Shown here one piece after another: positions 59,905-64,000 of a stretch of DNA of 64,000 nt. The stretch comes from Vampirovibrionaceae bacterium NZW_1234. GTDB taxonomy: Bacteria; Cyanobacteriota; Vampirovibrionia; Vampirovibrionales; JAGQHJ01. The translations under genes and the position numbers were made by a program. The DNA is taken from the NCBI GenBank assembly GCA_041697335.1, contig JBGUGD010000016.1, positions 32,001-96,000 of the forward strand, in the 5' to 3' direction. Each line of letters opens with the position of its first letter. Within the stretch, counting starts at the first letter, position 1. Under the pieces are notes generated by a model. The model saw nothing but the letters and a program-made list of their open reading frames with translations. It did not search any database and had not been told where the DNA came from.

Positions 59905-60168
59905 ATGAGTGGTGTAAGTCTGAACAATTTAAATTATGCCCCGGCATTGCTTAACGACCACAACACCGAAGCGCGTGTGGCAGAAGATGCCATCAAAATT
60001 TCTATGTGGGGCCAAATTACCAACGACACGCCAGAGTCGGCCAAGTTATCCAACGGCAAAAATCCTTTTGAACTCAGCAAACAAAAAGATATGGAAGCCG
60101 CACGTCGGATACTCAATGCCGTGACTAACGACGATGCCTGGAAGAGAGAGCTGGATGTTAACAGCTAA
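59905..60168 (+). CDS. Small hypothetical protein
   Basis: Strong RBS AGGAAGGAGAG; 87 aa; long upstream intergenic region. Confidence 0.65.
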   Translation: MSGVSLNNLNYAPALLNDHNTEARVAEDAIKISMWGQITNDTPESAKLSNGKNPFELSKQKDMEAARRILNAVTNDDAWKRELDVNS

Positions 60169-61621
60169 CTGAGAAACAAGCTAATTCTTGTTTCTCAAGC
60201 CACTTCAACGCCTCATCTCGCGTGCTGATTTTCCCTTCCAGATACGCTTCTTGAGCAGCCGCTTGAACTCGGCCAATGATGGGGCCTGGCGAGATATGAA
60301 ACCGTTCCATAATGTCTTGCCCGGTAAGCAATCGAGGCATCACCCCATGCACTTCAGCATCTGACTCATAGAGATCCCAGAGTGCCAAAATACCCTTTTT
60401 GAAGTTTATAAGATCATCTTGGGTAACACCCTCGCCTTGAGCGCTGTAGCGATCGGCAATTGCCAGCAGCATCATTTCAGGCAATAAAGGCCCAATGCGC
60501 CTAAAAAATCGTCGTTTTGCCTTGGTGGTTGTTGTCTCTTTCACCTGATCTCCTGGATACAGATGCCAGCGAACCAAATGAGCAACAGCCCGAGTTAAAT
60601 CATTTCCCCATCGAAAACGATATGCAATTCCCCATGTCAGAGCCTCAGAGACTTGCTCATGCCCGTAAAAACGGTACCGATCCGTGTCCGGATCATACGC
60701 CATCGTAGCCGACTTGCCTGCATCATGGAATAAACAGGCCAGACGTACCAGAGCAATTCGTTTGATGAACGGGTTAAATGCAGCGTGCAGATCCGTCTGA
60801 ATCTGCGTGGGCAAATCTGGGAAGTGGACTTCAGCTTGATGAAGGAGTTCCAATGTATGATCAAACAACCCTAAGTGATGGTAATAATTCGATGGAATCG
60901 GATGCATTGCCGATAGTTCGGGAAACAGATATTCTAACATTCCAGTTTTTGCCATCAGCTGAACTGGAGTACTGCATTTGGGTGCCGATAAGAGCCGCAT
61001 CAATTCATAATGAACACGCTCAGGCGCGATTTTGACCACACGATGCGCCTCCAAAGAAACAATTCCCAAGGTCCTCGGATCCAACTTGGTGAAACCCAGT
61101 TCGGCAGACATGCGGAACACCCGCAATAGACGGAGGGGATCGTCAACCATATTCTCGGGGCGAACCATCCGAATAATGCCGTGCGCTAAGTCTCGAATAC
61201 CGTCATATGGATCAAAAACCCGCTGACCTTTAACATCAACCGCAACAGCGTTGACGGTTAAATCACGGCGACCTAAATCGACCTCAATTGATTCTCCCAT
61301 ACACCCGGCAATATCCATCATATCCGGCTGCCCTGGAAACACTATCCGATAAATCTGATAGTGTTCATCCAAAGGAATATATTTACCCCCAGCTCTTTGG
61401 GCAACAGCTTGTGCCAACGTCTTGGCCTGGGCTTGAGGAACGACCACATCCAGATCAGAGCTTAAGACCTGTCGAAGCAACATATCCCGAACTGCACCAC
61501 CAACTAAAAATAGCGGAATATCTTCCTCTGAGCAAACCTGATTCAAAATCCGCCAATGGGAAACTTGCTCAAGAGCTTCATTGAGCAAATTAAAACTCTG
61601 GCTGGTGTTGAGAAAAGACAT
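60158..61621 (-). CDS. tRNA nucleotidyltransferase family with HD domain (probably CC-adding)
   Basis: VGGAVRD, DLDVV, DLGRRDLTVNA, DDPLRLLR, ERV..EL, HD domain (HTL...FHD.GK). Confidence 0.88.
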   Translation of the reverse strand: MSFLNTSQSFNLLNEALEQVSHWRILNQVCSEEDIPLFLVGGAVRDMLLRQVLSSDLDVVVPQAQAKTLAQAVAQRAGGKYIPLDEHYQIYRIVFPGQPDMMDIAGCMGESIEVDLGRRDLTVNAVAVDVKGQRVFDPYDGIRDLAHGIIRMVRPENMVDDPLRLLRVFRMSAELGFTKLDPRTLGIVSLEAHRVVKIAPERVHYELMRLLSAPKCSTPVQLMAKTGMLEYLFPELSAMHPIPSNYYHHLGLFDHTLELLHQAEVHFPDLPTQIQTDLHAAFNPFIKRIALVRLACLFHDAGKSATMAYDPDTDRYRFYGHEQVSEALTWGIAYRFRWGNDLTRAVAHLVRWHLYPGDQVKETTTTKAKRRFFRRIGPLLPEMMLLAIADRYSAQGEGVTQDDLINFKKGILALWDLYESDAEVHGVMPRLLTGQDIMERFHISPGPIIGRVQAAAQEAYLEGKISTRDEALKWLEKQELACFSVSC

Positions 61622-62378
61622 ACTGCAAGACCGAGGTTAAGTACAAAACAGCAGTTTCACTACGCAAGATCCTATCACCCAAGTGCACCGCATGAAACCC
61701 TGTGTGCTCAAACCTGACCAGCTCATCTGTCGTCCAACCTCCTTCAGGCCCAATGGCGAAAACCACCCCAGATACAAACTCTTGAGAGTTTGCCAATACG
61801 GAGGAAACTGGCGTACCACCTCGTTCAGATGCCACCAGCTTCAAAAGCGCTTTTTCCTGACTTAACGAGGTGAGCCATTCATTAAGTGCTATAGGCTGGG
61901 CCAAATGAGGAATCTGAATTTGTTCAGACTGCTCTGCCGCTTGTGTTAGGATATCTTCCCATCGTGCCTTTTTATACTCGGGCTTTTTCACGTCAACAAT
62001 GGTCCTGTCTGTCATTAAAGGCACAATATGACGAACCCCAAGCTCAGTGAGTTTCTGTAAAAGCCACTCCCAGCGCTGACCTTTAATAAGAGCCACACCC
62101 GCTGTAATCGGCACATTATCCTGGCTAGAGCGCTCCAAAAGGGATAAGACTCGAACCGTTAGTAATTTTGGACGAGAAGAGAGAACCTCACAAACATAGG
62201 CTCTTTTCTCTCTTCTATTTACGAGAACCAGGTATTCACCCGGCCGCACCCGCACCACCGTTACAACACGGTGCACCAGCGAAGCATCCCCAATATCCAG
62301 CTCAACGGGGAAGGAGTCAATAGCTGAGCTGAATTCGGTGAAGAACCAGGGGGCATTAAGCTGTTTTTTGGCAGACAA
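61590..62378 (-). CDS. rsmE: 16S rRNA m3U1498 methyltransferase
   Basis: KLTELGV, AAEQS, IGPEGG, LG.RILR.ETA. Confidence 0.94.
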   Translation of the reverse strand: MSAKKQLNAPWFFTEFSSAIDSFPVELDIGDASLVHRVVTVVRVRPGEYLVLVNRREKRAYVCEVLSSRPKLLTVRVLSLLERSSQDNVPITAGVALIKGQRWEWLLQKLTELGVRHIVPLMTDRTIVDVKKPEYKKARWEDILTQAAEQSEQIQIPHLAQPIALNEWLTSLSQEKALLKLVASERGGTPVSSVLANSQEFVSGVVFAIGPEGGWTTDELVRFEHTGFHAVHLGDRILRSETAVLYLTSVLQYVFSQHQPEF

Positions 62379-63240
62379 GAGCGACCCAATCTCCTTTTTG
62401 AAGAACTCTGCGCAGCACAAGTGGCTGATATGAAATAGCGGTGAGCATCTCCGGCAATTGCGTTCGCATAATACCACTGAGCATCAAAAGCCCATCCCGT
62501 TGCATTGTTGCGACCAATGCATTCAGCATCTCTTGTATGACTGTCGCTAAGATATTGGCTAAAACCAGAGCAAAGTCATCGGGAAGCATATCGTCAATGG
62601 ATGCTGAAGAACATAAAATATGATTAGAAACATGATTCAACGCCACATTTTCCTTGGCAACCTTTACAGCGACCGGATCATTATCAATAGCCACACAACG
62701 GGAAACGCCGCGTTTGGCGGCATAAATCGCCAAGATACCCGAACCCGTTCCGACATCCAAGAGAGAGTCCATATTTACATCTTGATAATCCAGTGTTTCA
62801 CACAGCAAATACAGCATTAACTGCGTGGTCTCATGTGTTCCAGTACCGAAGGCTGACCCCGGATCCAACTGTAACACGATGTCTTCAGGCTCTGGAGAAA
62901 ATAACTCCCAGCTAGGCTGAATGATGAGGTTGGGTAATAAGCGGGTGACTTTCCAATATTGCTTCCAAGACTCTGCCCAATCCTCTTCAGTAATTAAAAC
63001 AGCTGCACCCACTTGAACCTCATCCATCATCTCAATTTGCAAAAGCAAGTTCCGGATATCCGATTCCAAAGTTTGACTGGGGCCAATGACCTGAAAGCCC
63101 AAAAAGCGATCCCGACCATCAAAACGCTGGGTAATACTATCAACTCCTGGGATGACCCAGAGCAATTCTTCTAAATAGTCAGCCTGATCAACGTTATCGA
63201 AAAACAAAGTGACCGATGTGCGGGGTATCGTCTCCACCAT
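62356..63240 (-). CDS. prmA: Ribosomal protein L11 methyltransferase
   Basis: EDW..WK, LDPG.AFGTG.HETT, LDVGTGSGILA, ANILA, LSGI. Confidence 0.94.
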   Translation of the reverse strand: MVETIPRTSVTLFFDNVDQADYLEELLWVIPGVDSITQRFDGRDRFLGFQVIGPSQTLESDIRNLLLQIEMMDEVQVGAAVLITEEDWAESWKQYWKVTRLLPNLIIQPSWELFSPEPEDIVLQLDPGSAFGTGTHETTQLMLYLLCETLDYQDVNMDSLLDVGTGSGILAIYAAKRGVSRCVAIDNDPVAVKVAKENVALNHVSNHILCSSASIDDMLPDDFALVLANILATVIQEMLNALVATMQRDGLLMLSGIMRTQLPEMLTAISYQPLVLRRVLQKGDWVALVCQKTA

Positions 63241-63480
63241 GACGTGCGACCTCAAACGCTTATGACGATATTGTAGCGACAGGGCCAAGCAATCCGTCAA
63301 GGCATTTAAACGACTCATTCTTGTCCAACAAGCTTTTTAGCGATGCCCATCTCTCATCCGACATGTTCAAACCGGGGATTTTATGCTAGAGTCTTGCTAT
63401 TCGGCCAAAGCTTGGTCCTATTACCTGAGACTGGTTGAACTTGATTCTATCGTTGATGCGGCTTTAGAAAGGATACCTTG

Positions 63481-64000
63481 ATGCAACCCTCCAAAAAATT
63501 GTCTCAAATTCCGCCTTATTTGTTTGCTGAGTTGGATAAAAAAATTGATGCAGCCAAAGCCCAAGGCCGTGATGTTATCAATTTGGGCATCGGGGATCCG
63601 GATTTACCCACCCCAGCACCCATCGTGGCCTCCATGAGCAAAGCGATTGAAGATGCCTCCAATCACAACTACCCACCGTATCGAGGCACCGCAGAGTTTC
63701 GCGCTGCAGTTGCCCGCTGGATGGCAAGCCGTTTTAACGTAACCGTCAATCCTGACACAGAAGTCATGTCGTTGATTGGCTCGAAAGAAGGCATTGCTCA
63801 TTTGATTATGGCGTACGTCGACTCTGGTGATGTGGTCTTGGCGCCAGCACCGGGATACCCGGTTTATCGGAACTTTACGATTCTCAGCGGCGGAGAAGCC
63901 CATATTTTACCGCTGAAACCGGAAAACAATTTTCTTCCCGACTACAGCAGCATTCCGAGCGATGTTGCAAAACGGGCCAAATTGCTGTTTTTGAACTACC
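63481..64000 (+). CDS. dapL: LL-diaminopimelate aminotransferase-like class I aminotransferase (runs off the window)
   Basis: Manual translation MQPSKKLSQIPPYLFAELDKK...INLGIGDPD...YPPY.G...IGSKEGIAH...PGYPVY...LNY; AAAGGA RBS. Confidence 0.85.
   Translation, partial: MQPSKKLSQIPPYLFAELDKKIDAAKAQGRDVINLGIGDPDLPTPAPIVASMSKAIEDASNHNYPPYRGTAEFRAAVARWMASRFNVTVNPDTEVMSLIGSKEGIAHLIMAYVDSGDVVLAPAPGYPVYRNFTILSGGEAHILPLKPENNFLPDYSSIPSDVAKRAKLLFLNY

Noticed and set aside
36400..64000. Impression that the right part of the window is less GC-rich than 9-33 kb (possible island boundary)
   Set aside because: Not quantified; core genes occur on both sides and no integrase, tRNA or att site was seen. A sliding-window GC/codon analysis would be needed.

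Overview
A gene-dense bacterial chromosome segment with about 50 CDS. I found no supportable rRNA, tRNA, CRISPR array or transposase. The core genes are pth, pckA, xth, prs, the yceD-rpmF-plsX-fabH-fabD-fabG-acpP-fabF cluster, korAB, mgtE, a CC-adding-type tRNA nucleotidyltransferase, rsmE, prmA and dapL. Several look cyanobacteria-related and no photosynthesis genes are present, so I infer (unverified) a non-photosynthetic cyanobacterial relative such as Vampirovibrionia/Melainabacteria. Four observations stand out. (1) A three-gene secreted-protein locus at 4.9-8.7 kb: a proline-free Asn/Asp/Ser modular repeat protein, a partner that shares its C-terminal ~55-aa module and adds a beta-hairpin and an SH3-like domain, and a small exported protein. 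It lies divergent from a LuxR-type regulator across ~900 bp of AT-rich DNA and is a candidate new beta-solenoid or functional-amyloid fibre system unlike curli or Fap. (2) A recurring N-terminal 'xRF(G/S/K)' leader on unrelated orphan and enzyme genes, a candidate export signal. (3) An intergenic array of CGCGTR hexamers with an 11-bp period and an 18-bp inverted repeat beside an AT-rich tract. (4) Unusual architectures, including a triple-FHA HExxH protein, a lipoprotein hydrolase with Asp at the nucleophile position, and a tandem AAA+ protein. All product calls come from motif recognition by eye; no database searches were run.
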